Source: Chloroflexota bacterium
GTDB lineage: Bacteria > Chloroflexota > UBA11872 > VXNJ01
Direction: 5' to 3'
Assembly (NCBI GenBank): GCA_965261345.1
Contig: OZ253449.1
Location: 1,856,001-1,920,000, forward strand
Length of the DNA stretch: 64,000 bases
The notes beneath the pieces are model-generated. The model did not search any database, was not told the DNA's origin, and was given only the letters and a program-made list of their open reading frames with translations. This document shows positions 28,976 through 41,477 of this stretch, piece after piece. Positions within the stretch are counted from its first letter, which is position 1. Each line of letters begins with the position of its first letter. A program made the position numbers and the translations under genes.

Positions 28976-31152
28976 AGCCGGAATCGCTTCCAGGGCATCC
29001 ACCAATTCCACTTGCCGGCCAGTTTCATCGCCGCCGGGGCCAGCAGCGAACGCACGATCACAGCGTCGGTGGCGACCGCGATCGCGCCAGCAACGCCAAG
29101 CGCCTTGACCGCGACCACGTCGGCGGTGGCAAAGGCCAGGCCCACTACCACGACCACCAACGCCCCCGATGTGATAACTCGCCCCGATTGCTGCAGACCG
29201 GTAGCTACCGCTTCCTCGATATCGCCGGTGGCCACCCAGGCCGCCTGCACCTGGGCCAGCAAGAAGACTTCATAGTCCATGCTCAGCCCAAAAAGCACCG
29301 CAAACAAAATCACCGGCAGGGTCGCATCGACGTAGCCGAGCGGTTCGAAATGCAATGGTCCGGCCAGCCAGCCGTTCTGAAAAATCAAAACTACCGCGCC
29401 GAAGCTGGCCGTTAAAGACAGGAGATTTAACAGCACCGCCTTGAGCGGGAGCACCAACGAGTGAAACATGATTGCCAACAGCACCAGGGTGGTGAGCAGA
29501 ATCACCCCGACGACCTTTGGAAACGTCGAATAGACGGCGTCGGCAAAATCGACGTAGTTGGCCGCGCCTCCTCCCAGCAGACCATCCAGCTGCCGGGCCT
29601 TGACCCAATCGCGGATTGCATAGACCAGCTCACGGCCCTCGGCGCCGTTGGAGGGTCCGTTGGGGACGATTCCCAGCACCGCGGTGTTGCCACTGGTAAG
29701 TGATGCGGCGACCGCTCGCGCCTGCAAATCGGCGGCTTCTGGCCCATCGCGGTAAATCGCCAGATACTGGGGCCAGGTGATCGCAGGATCGAGACTGACT
29801 ATTCCAGTGGTGTGGGCGACCCGGTCGTCGGCCTCAAGCGCCCGCGCCAATTCATACTGGGCGCGCAGCGCAGCGGGGGCGAATGGCCCATCGGGAAAAT
29901 CCAGGACCAGATACATCTGGGCCAGCTCGCCCGGGCCGTATTCCGCCTCGAGGAGTTCGAAGGATTGCCGGGCTTCGGAAGAGGCGGGCAGCACCCGCGC
30001 GTCCGGCAAGGAGATGCGGGCCCCGGCTAGGGGCAGGGCCATTACCGCCAGCAAAAGACTGACCGGGACCAGGACCCACAGCGGCCGCTTCATCACCAGC
30101 CGCGCGGTCCGCTCCCAGAGGCGGCGTTTGCTCTTGCCTTCGGGCAGCACCGCCAACCAGTTGATCCGCCGGCCCACTATCGCCAGCACCGCCGGAGCCA
30201 GGGTGAGTGCGCACAGGGCGGCCACCACCGTGACCGCCGCCCCGGCGATTCCAATCGATCGGAAGAACTGGAAATCAAAAATTGCCAGCGAGGCCAGGCC
30301 GACAACTACGGCGCTGGCGGAGAAAGCCACCGTCTTGCCGGTTGTGGCGGTGGTTGCGATGACGGCCGCGGAAGGTTCGCTGGATTCAAGCTGGCTGCGA
30401 AAACGCGAGACCAGGAACAGCGAGTAATCAACTCCCAACCCCAGCCCGATCAGGGTGGCGATATTGAGCGCAAAGATTGAAATGTTGACCCAGTCGGCCA
30501 ATGCCCAAATCACCGCCAGGCCGACCACGACCGCCACCGCGCCCAGCACCAGCGGGAGCACGGCCGCGGTGAGCGATCCAAAAACCAGCAGCAGGGCAAG
30601 CAGCAGGAACGGGATACCGATCAACTCGGCACGCTGCAGATCGGCCTTGGTAAATTGCTCGATGTCGTTGTAGTAAGCGGCCGGGCCGGCCAGGCTCACT
30701 TCCAGGAATGAATCTGAAAATGCGGCCTTTACCGCTGGAGCCAGGGTGTGCGCACGCTCGGGCGTCCGGTCGATGGCAAGGTGCAAGTAGATCGTCTGGC
30801 CGGAATCGGCGACCTGGTGGGCGACCTGCTCGGGACGCTCGATCGCGGTAATCTGGTCGAGGGCTAGAACGTTGGCGCTGACGCGCTCGATCTCGGAGTG
30901 ACTGGCCCGGTCGGTTATCGACCCGGAAGGGTCGTGGAAGATTACCGTTAGCAGCGGGATTGGATTGCCGAGACTATCGGTTAGGCGTTCGAAGGCCTGC
31001 GCTGCCTGCAGGTTGGGGGAAGAAAATCCGCCGGCCACCAGGCGGCCCGGCACCTGCAACGCCAACCCGGCGCAGAGGAGTCCCAACAGCGCCCAGGAAA
31101 TTACGATCGGCCATCGCCACCGCACCGCCGCCCGGCCCAAAGCTGCGAACAC
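28963..31152 (-). CDS. MMPL family (RND superfamily) transporter
   Basis: GLGVDYSLFLVSRFR and GLSMDYEVFLL (two DY motifs), two TM bundles. Confidence 0.93.
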   Translation of the reverse strand: MFAALGRAAVRWRWPIVISWALLGLLCAGLALQVPGRLVAGGFSSPNLQAAQAFERLTDSLGNPIPLLTVIFHDPSGSITDRASHSEIERVSANVLALDQITAIERPEQVAHQVADSGQTIYLHLAIDRTPERAHTLAPAVKAAFSDSFLEVSLAGPAAYYNDIEQFTKADLQRAELIGIPFLLLALLLVFGSLTAAVLPLVLGAVAVVVGLAVIWALADWVNISIFALNIATLIGLGLGVDYSLFLVSRFRSQLESSEPSAAVIATTATTGKTVAFSASAVVVGLASLAIFDFQFFRSIGIAGAAVTVVAALCALTLAPAVLAIVGRRINWLAVLPEGKSKRRLWERTARLVMKRPLWVLVPVSLLLAVMALPLAGARISLPDARVLPASSEARQSFELLEAEYGPGELAQMYLVLDFPDGPFAPAALRAQYELARALEADDRVAHTTGIVSLDPAITWPQYLAIYRDGPEAADLQARAVAASLTSGNTAVLGIVPNGPSNGAEGRELVYAIRDWVKARQLDGLLGGGAANYVDFADAVYSTFPKVVGVILLTTLVLLAIMFHSLVLPLKAVLLNLLSLTASFGAVVLIFQNGWLAGPLHFEPLGYVDATLPVILFAVLFGLSMDYEVFLLAQVQAAWVATGDIEEAVATGLQQSGRVITSGALVVVVVGLAFATADVVAVKALGVAGAIAVATDAVIVRSLLAPAAMKLAGKWNWWMPWKRFRLCPG

Positions 31153-31246
31153 GGTTTTGCCGGATCCCGATCCTACGATTTCGGCAGATTATCGTTAATT
31201 TAAAGAGATTACTTGTGCTTGCAAAGTAGCCATTTCCACTCAAAAG

Positions 31247-32146
31247 ATGCAGATTGCAATCACCGGCGGGACGGGCATGGTTGGCCGCGCGTTGGCTGCC
31301 GTCCTGGAGGCGGAGGGCCATGACCTGGTCCTGCTCTCGCGCAGCGGGCGATCGGCCGCCAACTACCGCCGGTCGGTCCATTGGGATCCGATAGCTGGCC
31401 CGGCGCCCAGCAGGGTCCTGGAAAACTGCCGAGTGGTAGTCCACCTGGCCGGCGAGCCGGTCAATGGCCGCTGGACCCGATCCAAGCGTGAGCGTATCGA
31501 GCGCAGCCGGGTTCTGGGCACTCAGAACCTGGTCGCCGGAATGGTGGCTGCCAATCCGGCCCCGCAGACCCTGATTTCGGTCAGTGCGATTGGCTACTAT
31601 GGCTCCCGCGGTGAACAGGACCTGAACGAGTCGGCTTCGGCTGGTGACGGGTTTCTTTCCAACGTTGCGCGTGGTTGGGAAATGGCCGCCGATCAATACT
31701 TGGCCTCCGGCAACCGGGTGGTGACGATGCGCCTGGGAATCGTGCTGGGCCGTGGTGGAATGCTGCAGAAAATCCTGCCGCTGGCGCGATGCGGATTGCT
31801 CGGAAGCCTCGGCAACGGGCGGCAGTGGTGGTCTTGGATCCATATCGCCGACCTGTGTCGGTTCATCGTGGCGGCGCTGGACGATATCGCCTTCGAGGGC
31901 GTCTACAACCTGGTTGCGCCGACTCCGGTGCGGCAGCGCGAGTTCTCCGGTCAACTGGCGGACCTGATGTCACGCCCGACATTTCTTCCGGTGCCAGAAT
32001 TTGCGCTGCGTTGCCTGCTGGGCGGCTTCTCAGCCGAGCTGCTCGACAGCAAGAAGGTTGTACCCGAGCGATTGCTGCTCGGAGGCTGGGAATTTAGGTT
32101 CCAGCAGCTGCGGCCGGCCCTAGCCGAGCTTTTGGGCACCGGATGA
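31247..32146 (+). CDS. TIGR01777/YfcH family NAD-dependent epimerase-like oxidoreductase
   Basis: ITGGTGMVG, HLAGE, SAIGYYG, GNGRQWWSWIHI, NLVAP. Confidence 0.92.
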   Translation: MQIAITGGTGMVGRALAAVLEAEGHDLVLLSRSGRSAANYRRSVHWDPIAGPAPSRVLENCRVVVHLAGEPVNGRWTRSKRERIERSRVLGTQNLVAGMVAANPAPQTLISVSAIGYYGSRGEQDLNESASAGDGFLSNVARGWEMAADQYLASGNRVVTMRLGIVLGRGGMLQKILPLARCGLLGSLGNGRQWWSWIHIADLCRFIVAALDDIAFEGVYNLVAPTPVRQREFSGQLADLMSRPTFLPVPEFALRCLLGGFSAELLDSKKVVPERLLLGGWEFRFQQLRPALAELLGTG

Positions 32147-32237
32147 TTCCGCTGATCGCGCTATTCGCGTATCAATTGGCAGAGCTGGTCGCACCATAGC
32201 GGCAGCCCCGATCACACCCGCCACCGCAAAGGTTGCA

Positions 32238-32900
32238 ATGTTTAACCCGTCAAATCTCAAGAGCGTCAATGCCCTAGTGGCCGTTGCCGGCTTGGTCGTG
32301 TTGATTGCGGCGGTCGCAATTGGTGTCCTGGCGTGGACCGGCAACCTGGACACTTCGCGCGATGCCGGCCGCAGCGGCTCCGACGAGCCGACCGCGCCAG
32401 GGGTCTCGGTTCGATTGGAAAACCGCGGCCGGGCACCGGAATTTGAGCGAATCGAAGTCTGGTTGAACGGGGAGCCGACCAGTCTGGAGGAGCTGCGAGG
32501 CCAGGTTGTTCTGATTGATTTTTGGACACGCAGTTGTATCAATTGCCGCCGAACCCTTCCTTACGTGGGGCAATGGCATGACCGCTACGCCGCCTATGGC
32601 CTCAAGGTGGTCGGAATCCACACCCCCGAATTTGCCCACGAGAAAGATATAGCGGCGTTGCGGGCCGCGCTGGGCGAACTGGACGTTGACTGGGCGGTTG
32701 CGGTTGACAACCAAAAAGCTACCTGGCGGGCGTGGAAGAACCGCTACTGGCCGCGCAAGTACCTAATCGATGGCCGCGGCAACGTCCGCTACGACCGCAT
32801 CGGTGAGGGCGCCTATGAACAGACCGAATATGCGATCCGGGCGCTGCTGCGTGAAAACGGGGCCGATCTAGAGGGCGTTCCCACAGGCGGCCACCGCTAA
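32238..32900 (+). CDS. membrane-anchored thioredoxin/redoxin (DipZ C-terminal type)
   Basis: N-terminal TM; VLIDFWTRSCINC, GIHTPEF, NRYWP, IGEGAY. Confidence 0.9.
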   Translation: MFNPSNLKSVNALVAVAGLVVLIAAVAIGVLAWTGNLDTSRDAGRSGSDEPTAPGVSVRLENRGRAPEFERIEVWLNGEPTSLEELRGQVVLIDFWTRSCINCRRTLPYVGQWHDRYAAYGLKVVGIHTPEFAHEKDIAALRAALGELDVDWAVAVDNQKATWRAWKNRYWPRKYLIDGRGNVRYDRIGEGAYEQTEYAIRALLRENGADLEGVPTGGHR

Positions 32901-32930
32901 GTTGGCCGGCGCGCGCGCCCGGGCCACTTC
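32899..32930. terminator. GC-rich hairpin between convergent genes
   Basis: AAGTTGGCC...GGCGCGCGCGCC...GGCCACTT inverted repeat between two stop codons. Confidence 0.35.
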
Positions 32931-32933
32931 AAG

Positions 32934-35411
32934 CTAGCCGGCGATCACCACCGTCGGCGGACGATAGATTTGCCCCTTGGTCATCTCGGTGACGGCCAGG
33001 AAGGGCTCAAAATCGCGCCAGGACCCATTCGGAAATTGGGCGTTGCGCAGATCGTCGCCAAGTAATCGGAGCTTGACCGGTTCATCCTTGCCGGGGTGGA
33101 ATTCAAACACCGCTGCCTGAAAGAACTGGCGCACGAACCCGGGATCACCGATGCTCAACCGAGTGTCCTGGCGGCCGTCCCGGCGCGCTTCCGATTTGGG
33201 GAAACCGAACGAATCGACTCCACCCAGTTGCTCGAAAAAGTCAGCGAATCCGGTGACCGTACCGTCGACCGCCCGGTTTGCAACGCGGTTACCCCAGGGC
33301 CCAACCAACTGCCCGGGGAACGGGTTGGCGACACCGTATTCGACGCCGCGATCGATGCTATTGCCGCGGCCGCCGCCGAAATAGTCCCAGGTCAGGCGCC
33401 GTTCCACCAACCATCCGGCGCCAACGTTGTGGAAATCGACCACTCCACGCTGGTAGTACTGGGTCAGGGTCGCCGGTTCGCTGATTAACACCTCGGATGT
33501 CGGGTAGCCCCAGCGCGTCATCCCCCCGGTGCGATTGAAATGGCCGAGGAAATCGGCGGCCAGTGACTGGCCGCTGTCTAGCACGACTCTCAGGTCGGTA
33601 ATGTTATGGGCCAGGACCTCATGTCCGGGGACGGCCAGGAACTTGACGTCCTGCACGGTGATGGGTCCAAAGAATGCGCCGAGCTGGGGCGCTGGAGGCG
33701 CCGGCGGAATGTAGTTTGACGAGTCGGTCAGGCGCACACTGGCAAAGTCGATGATCGGCAGGGTTCGGCCGCTGGCACTGGCCGAGGTGTCGATCATCAG
33801 GAGGACGAAATCCTCGTCTTCGCCATCATCGATCCGCTCTTCCGGCATCGCCAGGGCCACCAGCTTGGCTTCGCCCAGCGCCAGATTGACCTCGATCGTG
33901 GTCGGCAGGTCCGACGATTCGGCGCCGCGTCCGCTTACTCGGGCGCGCAGTTGCAGCCGGGCGATGGCGCCGGCCACGGCGCGATCGTTGTGGGTGAGTC
34001 CAACCGCCAGCGGTTCACCCTCCACCGCATAGTAAATCGGGCGGTCGAACGCGGTGACGGTGGCCGGCCGGGAATCGACGAGCACCTCCACCCCGGGCCG
34101 GATTTGCGAGCGGAATATTGCCGGCAGATTGGCCAGCGTAAAGCCCGCCCCGTCCGGACCAGGATTGTTGCGCAGGTCGATCACCAGAGTCTTTTCAGTT
34201 CCGATCGCCGACAACAGGTTCTCTGGCACTTGGGACAATCCGGATTCGTCAAGATCTAGTTCCCGCAGGTGCGGGAGCTGCGAAAAATCACCAGCCCGCA
34301 GGATCGGCAAATCGTCGCGTCCGGCCAGGTCGATTGCGGTCACCCGGGCCAGATCGGCCACGCTCACCTTGGCGCAATCGGAATGATCGGGCAACCAGCG
34401 TTCAATCTGTTCCCGGACCGCCGGGCTGCGATCGCAAAGCGAAATTGTCGGCGAATCGTTGTCAAAAACGGTCAGTACCGCCTCGTCAATATCCCCATCG
34501 TCGATGGTGCTCTGCGGTCCGGAGCCGATGCACCCCGGGATAACGTCCAAGAGCAGGTCAAGTTGGTAATCGGCTTCGATCTCCTGGTTGCTCGGCAGGG
34601 CCACGACCAAGCCGTAGAGCGCCCGAATTCGGTCATCGGCGTTTATGCGAACGCGCCATTGGCGATGGTCCTCCAGGGTGATCTGCAAACAGATATCGCG
34701 CCGATCGTCGCCCGGCCGGTCGTCATCGGCCGGTGGCGGCACGCCGGCAAACTGGAATGGAAGCAACGCCCGCGAATCCTCCTCGGCGGAAATCCCGGCG
34801 GCCGAAAACCCCACCCTTGTTCCACTGCCGCCGTCAAAAATTAGCAACAGGCCGTCGGGCAGCTCGGCTACGTCCACGTCATCTGGACCCATCGGATTGC
34901 CCGAAAAACGCAAGCGGTCGATGTGACCGGCCGCGTAGTGGTAGCTGATTAAGGCCTCCAGGGCATCGTCTTCCCAGCTGAACCCGGAAAGCCCGAGATT
35001 TGAAAAGTCAAGCGTGGCGGGCCGGAAGTTGGCAACCCGCTGGAGTTCACGGTCGACCTGCGAGAGTGCCGTTCCCGCCCGCAGCGGGGGATCGCGGTCT
35101 GCATCGTAATTGACATAAAACTCATCGCAGTTGTGATACAGAAGGTCGCCGTCTGGATCGATGCCACTGGCGACCACCGGTGAAATGCGATCGAGGAACC
35201 CCTCGTAGAGCCGTTCGAAGGCCTGGAAATGGTCAGGGTTGGCAAAGTGACACAGGTTGAAGTTTCCATTGCCGCCCAATTGGGCGCTGGCGGGGCGATA
35301 ACTTAAAACCAGCAATAGGGATGCCAGTGCAACCATCGCCAGCAGACGGGCAATTGGCAGGCGCCGCCCGAGACCGCATCGAGTTAAGGTGCGGACGGAC
35401 TCGTTATCCAT
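32934..35411 (-). CDS. secreted protein with LRR-like module(s), Calx-beta-like segments and C-terminal Chloroflexi-type surface repeats
   Basis: Signal peptide ending ASA; CDRSPAVR..C..V...DL..V..IDL..LRAGDFSQLPHLRELDL..SGL..VPE; Pro linker; two GG..(W/F)G(Y/F)P.SE...Q(Y/F)(Y/F)Q repeats. Confidence 0.7.
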   Translation of the reverse strand: MDNESVRTLTRCGLGRRLPIARLLAMVALASLLLVLSYRPASAQLGGNGNFNLCHFANPDHFQAFERLYEGFLDRISPVVASGIDPDGDLLYHNCDEFYVNYDADRDPPLRAGTALSQVDRELQRVANFRPATLDFSNLGLSGFSWEDDALEALISYHYAAGHIDRLRFSGNPMGPDDVDVAELPDGLLLIFDGGSGTRVGFSAAGISAEEDSRALLPFQFAGVPPPADDDRPGDDRRDICLQITLEDHRQWRVRINADDRIRALYGLVVALPSNQEIEADYQLDLLLDVIPGCIGSGPQSTIDDGDIDEAVLTVFDNDSPTISLCDRSPAVREQIERWLPDHSDCAKVSVADLARVTAIDLAGRDDLPILRAGDFSQLPHLRELDLDESGLSQVPENLLSAIGTEKTLVIDLRNNPGPDGAGFTLANLPAIFRSQIRPGVEVLVDSRPATVTAFDRPIYYAVEGEPLAVGLTHNDRAVAGAIARLQLRARVSGRGAESSDLPTTIEVNLALGEAKLVALAMPEERIDDGEDEDFVLLMIDTSASASGRTLPIIDFASVRLTDSSNYIPPAPPAPQLGAFFGPITVQDVKFLAVPGHEVLAHNITDLRVVLDSGQSLAADFLGHFNRTGGMTRWGYPTSEVLISEPATLTQYYQRGVVDFHNVGAGWLVERRLTWDYFGGGRGNSIDRGVEYGVANPFPGQLVGPWGNRVANRAVDGTVTGFADFFEQLGGVDSFGFPKSEARRDGRQDTRLSIGDPGFVRQFFQAAVFEFHPGKDEPVKLRLLGDDLRNAQFPNGSWRDFEPFLAVTEMTKGQIYRPPTVVIAG

Positions 35412-35513
35412 CAATTAAGGAAATCGCTCAATTCAACCTTGGCGATTTTGGCGCATATTGCCCGGAACCCGGTGGAACGGGTGCCAATCGTTGTTAGCTG
35501 AAGATCGCAGTTA

Positions 35514-36542
35514 CTAGTTGAGCGGTCCAGCAGTGACGCCGTGGGCCGCCGCGGCCTCGCAAATCGCGGCCGCGGTCGCAGCGGCGATTTCGATTCCCAC
35601 GGCGCGGTTGCGCTCACGATTGGCGCTCTCCGGCTCGCCGGGAACCAACACCTGCTCGAACCCAGCTGCCGGTGGGGTTCCCTTCATCCGGGACACCAGT
35701 TGAGTGATTCCCTGGCCAAATGCGTCCTCCCCGACCAGGCAGCCCGGATCGATCGCAATGATCGAGCCGCCCATAAGCATCCCTGAAGGCGAATTGTGGG
35801 CGGCGGTGAGACTGCCCCCAAGGGCATCGACCAAAAGCGCCAGCCCGTAACCTTTGTGGCCGGCGGGCGGGATCATCATTCCGCCATCGTAAAAATCCTG
35901 GGGATTGGTCGAAGGCCGACCGTGCTTGTCCAGGATTTGGCCAGGCGGAAGTTGAGCACCCTTGTCGCGGGCCACACGGATTTTTCCCTCGGCGGTCGAA
36001 GTGGTCGCAAAGTCGATTACGATCGGAGGGCCGTCGGGATTCGGCATTCCGGCCGAGATCGGATTGGTTGCCAGCGCGCGCGCCGCCCCGCCAAATGGCG
36101 CCCCGGCGCCTTTTCCACCGCCACCGACCGCCACGATCGCGACAAATCCGGCCGCAACCGCCATTTCTGACCATTGGCCGACCCGCCCAAGGTGATTGAC
36201 CTCGCACAGACCGACCAGCGCAATCGATTGCGAGCGCGCCTTGGCAATCGCCAATTCCATCGCAAATTTCCCGGTGAAGTGACCGAAACCTTTGTTTCCA
36301 CTAATTAGCGCGGTGCTTGGACTTTCGTTTAGGACGCTGGGCCGGGCATCGACCACGATCCTGCCTTCATCAATGTTGGCCATGTATTGGGGTATCCGAA
36401 TCACCCCGTGCGAGGGGTGCCCGGAGAGGTCGGCCAGCACCAGCGAATAGGCCATGAAATCGGCAATATCGTCGGGTGTGCCGGCCGCCTTAAAAACTGC
36501 GGCGGCGAAACCCTGGACCTGGTCGGGGTTATAGCGAGACAT
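35514..36542 (-). CDS. Ldh_2 family (type 2 malate/L-lactate/sulfolactate dehydrogenase-like) oxidoreductase
   Basis: ADLSGHPSHG, NHLGR, ATNPIS, DFATT, GHKGYGL, PGEPE. Confidence 0.92.
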   Translation of the reverse strand: MSRYNPDQVQGFAAAVFKAAGTPDDIADFMAYSLVLADLSGHPSHGVIRIPQYMANIDEGRIVVDARPSVLNESPSTALISGNKGFGHFTGKFAMELAIAKARSQSIALVGLCEVNHLGRVGQWSEMAVAAGFVAIVAVGGGGKGAGAPFGGAARALATNPISAGMPNPDGPPIVIDFATTSTAEGKIRVARDKGAQLPPGQILDKHGRPSTNPQDFYDGGMMIPPAGHKGYGLALLVDALGGSLTAAHNSPSGMLMGGSIIAIDPGCLVGEDAFGQGITQLVSRMKGTPPAAGFEQVLVPGEPESANRERNRAVGIEIAAATAAAICEAAAAHGVTAGPLN

Positions 36543-36621
36543 GAAAGGAAAAACCCGGGTAACTTACTGGCGCCAAACTATTTGAGATGGGTCCGCCCAA
36601 TCCGGACCGCAGGCTTGTTTC

Positions 36622-36933
36622 TTAGCTGCGGCCCAGCATGAATTTGAGGTCTTCGCTCATCATATCCATGCTCCACGGCGGATCCCAGACGATTTCGATA
36701 TTTACCTCGTCGACCTGATCCATCGCCTCCACCGTGGTCTGCGTTTCCGAGATCAGTTGCGGCCCGTAGGGACACATCGGCGAGGTCAAGGTCATTTCTA
36801 TATCGACCTTGTGGTCCGCCGGCTTGACCTCGTAGATGAGGCCCAAGTTCCAAATATCGAGGTTGAGCTCGGGGTCCATTACGGTTTCAAGCACCGCGAT
36901 CACTGCGCCGCGCTCAACCGTCGCTTCAGCCAT
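36622..36933 (-). CDS. metal-sulfur cluster assembly factor (SufT/DUF59)
   Basis: VMDPELNLDIWNLGLIY, MTLTSPMCP, VWDPPWS. Confidence 0.92.
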   Translation of the reverse strand: MAEATVERGAVIAVLETVMDPELNLDIWNLGLIYEVKPADHKVDIEMTLTSPMCPYGPQLISETQTTVEAMDQVDEVNIEIVWDPPWSMDMMSEDLKFMLGRS

Positions 36934-37096
36934 TTGCAACCTTCGTTCGACATCAAATAAGCGATGAATCGATTATGGCCGGTAGGTGACGTTCGCGGGG
37001 CTCAAATAACATCAAACAACGGGCTTACAAACCCGCCGCCAGATATAATCTAGCGTTGCCTATTTGACCCTCTCAGCCAACTTTGTATGAGCGTGA

Positions 37097-39136
<2,040 letters not shown>

Positions 39137-39163
39137 CAATCAATACCCCCTGAATTCACTTAC

Positions 39164-40165
39164 ATGGCCAACCAACCCGTACGGGTAGTACTGGACGTCA
39201 TGGGTGGTGATCACGGCCCCAGGCCACTGGTTGCCGGCGCGGTCACGGCCGCGCGTGAGTTCGGAGTTGCCAGCTTGCTGGTGGGCGATCTGGCCAAGAT
39301 TGAGCCGCTGCTTAAGGATTCTGGAGGAGGTATCGACCAGATCGACGCGGTTCATGCCGCCGACCTGATCGGAATGGGCGATCATGCTGCCGAAACTGTC
39401 CGCGCCAAACCGCAGTCCTCGATTGTGGTCGCAATCGAGCAGTTGCGACTGGGCCGCGGCTGCGCGGCCGTCTCAATGGGCAACAGCGGGGCGACCATGG
39501 CGGCGGCGATCTTCGGGCTGAAGCGAATCCCCGGGGTCCGTCGGCCGGTGGTCGCCTCGCGCGTTAATCTCCCGGGCGGGCCCGCGATCTGGCTTGATAT
39601 CGGCGCAAATACCGACTGTGACGCTGAGCATCTTTGCCAATTTGCCCGCATGGGCGCGGCCTACTGCAGCGCGGAGCTGGGCATTTTGCGACCCAGTGTC
39701 GGACTGCTCAATATGGGCCAGGAGGAGGGCAAGGGTCCCAAGGTCGTCAACGACGCGGCCGCCCTCTTCGCCAGTGCCGGGCTAAATTTTGTCGGCAACG
39801 TCGAGCCACAGAAGATGATGCGCGCAGAGGTTGACGTCGTGGTCGCCGACGGTTTCACGATGAACATTGCGGTCAAGACGCTCGAGGCCCTGGCCGAACT
39901 GGTCTTTGGGGCGGTTCGGCAATATGCTCATGAATCGTTGCGCGGGCGGCTGGGGGCTGCCCTGATGCTGCCGGCATTGACCAGTCTGCGGACCCAGTTC
40001 GATTACCGCGACATCGGAGCGGCGCCGCTGCTTGGCGTTAACGGCATGGTGTTAATCGGGCATGGTCGTTCGCGGGAGAAGGCGGTCGTCGGGGCCCTGC
40101 GCCAAGCTGAGCGTCTCGTCAAACTGGGGGCGGTCGAGGAAATAACCAAAGTATTTGGGAACTGA
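39164..40165 (+). CDS. plsX: phosphate acyltransferase PlsX
   Basis: LDVMGGDHGP, SMGNSGA, LDIGAN, LLNMGQEEGKG, VADGF, PLLGVNG, GHGRS. Confidence 0.95.
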   Translation: MANQPVRVVLDVMGGDHGPRPLVAGAVTAAREFGVASLLVGDLAKIEPLLKDSGGGIDQIDAVHAADLIGMGDHAAETVRAKPQSSIVVAIEQLRLGRGCAAVSMGNSGATMAAAIFGLKRIPGVRRPVVASRVNLPGGPAIWLDIGANTDCDAEHLCQFARMGAAYCSAELGILRPSVGLLNMGQEEGKGPKVVNDAAALFASAGLNFVGNVEPQKMMRAEVDVVVADGFTMNIAVKTLEALAELVFGAVRQYAHESLRGRLGAALMLPALTSLRTQFDYRDIGAAPLLGVNGMVLIGHGRSREKAVVGALRQAERLVKLGAVEEITKVFGN

Positions 40166-41477
40166 GTTGGCGCCCGCCCGGATCGCCGTAATCGGCAGTG
40201 GCTACGTCGGACTTGTTTCGGGAGCCTGCCTGGCAGAACTTGGCAATTTCGTAACCTGCCTCGATATCGATACGAAAAAACTTGACCAACTGCGGTCCGG
40301 CCGCATGCCGATCTATGAACCGGGTCTGCAGGAATTGGTCGAATGCAACGCCGCGGCCGGCCGGCTGGCGTTCAGTGGCTCATTTGCCGACGTGATCCCG
40401 ACCGCGGATTTTGTCCTGATCGCTGTTAACACGCCGGTCGGTCACTATGGCCGGGCGGATCTGTCGGCGATCGAGGACGTGGCGCGAAGCATCGGCGGGC
40501 ATCTGCGCGAGGGTGCAGTAATCGTCGACAAGAGCACGGTTCCGGTTGGCACCGGTGATTTGGTGGAGGCGCTGATCGGCAGTTACTCCGGATTCCCGGT
40601 CCGGGTCGTGTCCAACCCCGAGTTCTTGCGCGAAGGGACGGCGGTGCGGGACTTCCTTCGCCCTGACCGAATTGTTCTGGGGACGGCCGACGAAGCCGCC
40701 GCCGACCTGGTCGCGGGCCTGTACGAAGGGTTGGGTCGGCCGATCCTTCGCACCGATCTGCGCACTGCCGAAATGATCAAATATGCGTCCAACGCCTACC
40801 TGGCGGCCAGAATCTCGTTCATCAACGAGATCGCCGCTATCTGCGAACGGCTCGGCGCCGACGTTACCACGGTTGCGCGCGGGATGGGCCTGGACTCGCG
40901 GATCGGGTCCTCTTATCTACAGGCCGGAATCGGTTGGGGCGGGAGCTGCCTGAGCAAGGACGTGCTGGCGCTTGAACATATGGCCGCGGTGGCGGGTTCG
41001 CACCCGCAACTGCTGCGGGTGGTATTGGAAATCAACCGCGATGCCCGGTTGGGGGTGCTGCGCCGGTTGCGCGAATTGATCGGTGATCTGCGGGGCAAGA
41101 ACGTCGCAATTCTGGGACTGGCCTTCAAACCGGATACCGACGACATCCGTGACGCGCCGGCGCTGGAAATCGCCCGCTTGCTGCTGGCTGACGGCGCCCG
41201 TGTGGCTGCCTATGACCCGATGGCATCCGGACGCGCCGCGCAGGCTGAGCCGCGCGCTGACATTGCCGCCAGCGCGCTGGCGGCGGTAACCGATGCGGAC
41301 GCGTTGGTTCTCTGCACCGAATGGCCGCAATTTAGGGCCCTAGACTGGACTGCGGTCGCCGGTCTAATGCGTGGTCGAATCATCATCGACGGGCGAAACG
41401 CACTCGACTCCGGGCTGCTGCGGGAATTGGGTTTTGACTACCACGGGGTCGGTCGCCCGGCCGAAGGCGGCGGTTGA
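40155..41477 (+). CDS. ugd: UDP-glucose 6-dehydrogenase
   Basis: GSGYVG, PIYEPGL, KSTVPVGT, SNPEFLREG, GWGGSCL, GLAFKPDTDD, IDGRN. Confidence 0.93.
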   Translation: MGTELAPARIAVIGSGYVGLVSGACLAELGNFVTCLDIDTKKLDQLRSGRMPIYEPGLQELVECNAAAGRLAFSGSFADVIPTADFVLIAVNTPVGHYGRADLSAIEDVARSIGGHLREGAVIVDKSTVPVGTGDLVEALIGSYSGFPVRVVSNPEFLREGTAVRDFLRPDRIVLGTADEAAADLVAGLYEGLGRPILRTDLRTAEMIKYASNAYLAARISFINEIAAICERLGADVTTVARGMGLDSRIGSSYLQAGIGWGGSCLSKDVLALEHMAAVAGSHPQLLRVVLEINRDARLGVLRRLRELIGDLRGKNVAILGLAFKPDTDDIRDAPALEIARLLLADGARVAAYDPMASGRAAQAEPRADIAASALAAVTDADALVLCTEWPQFRALDWTAVAGLMRGRIIIDGRNALDSGLLRELGFDYHGVGRPAEGGG

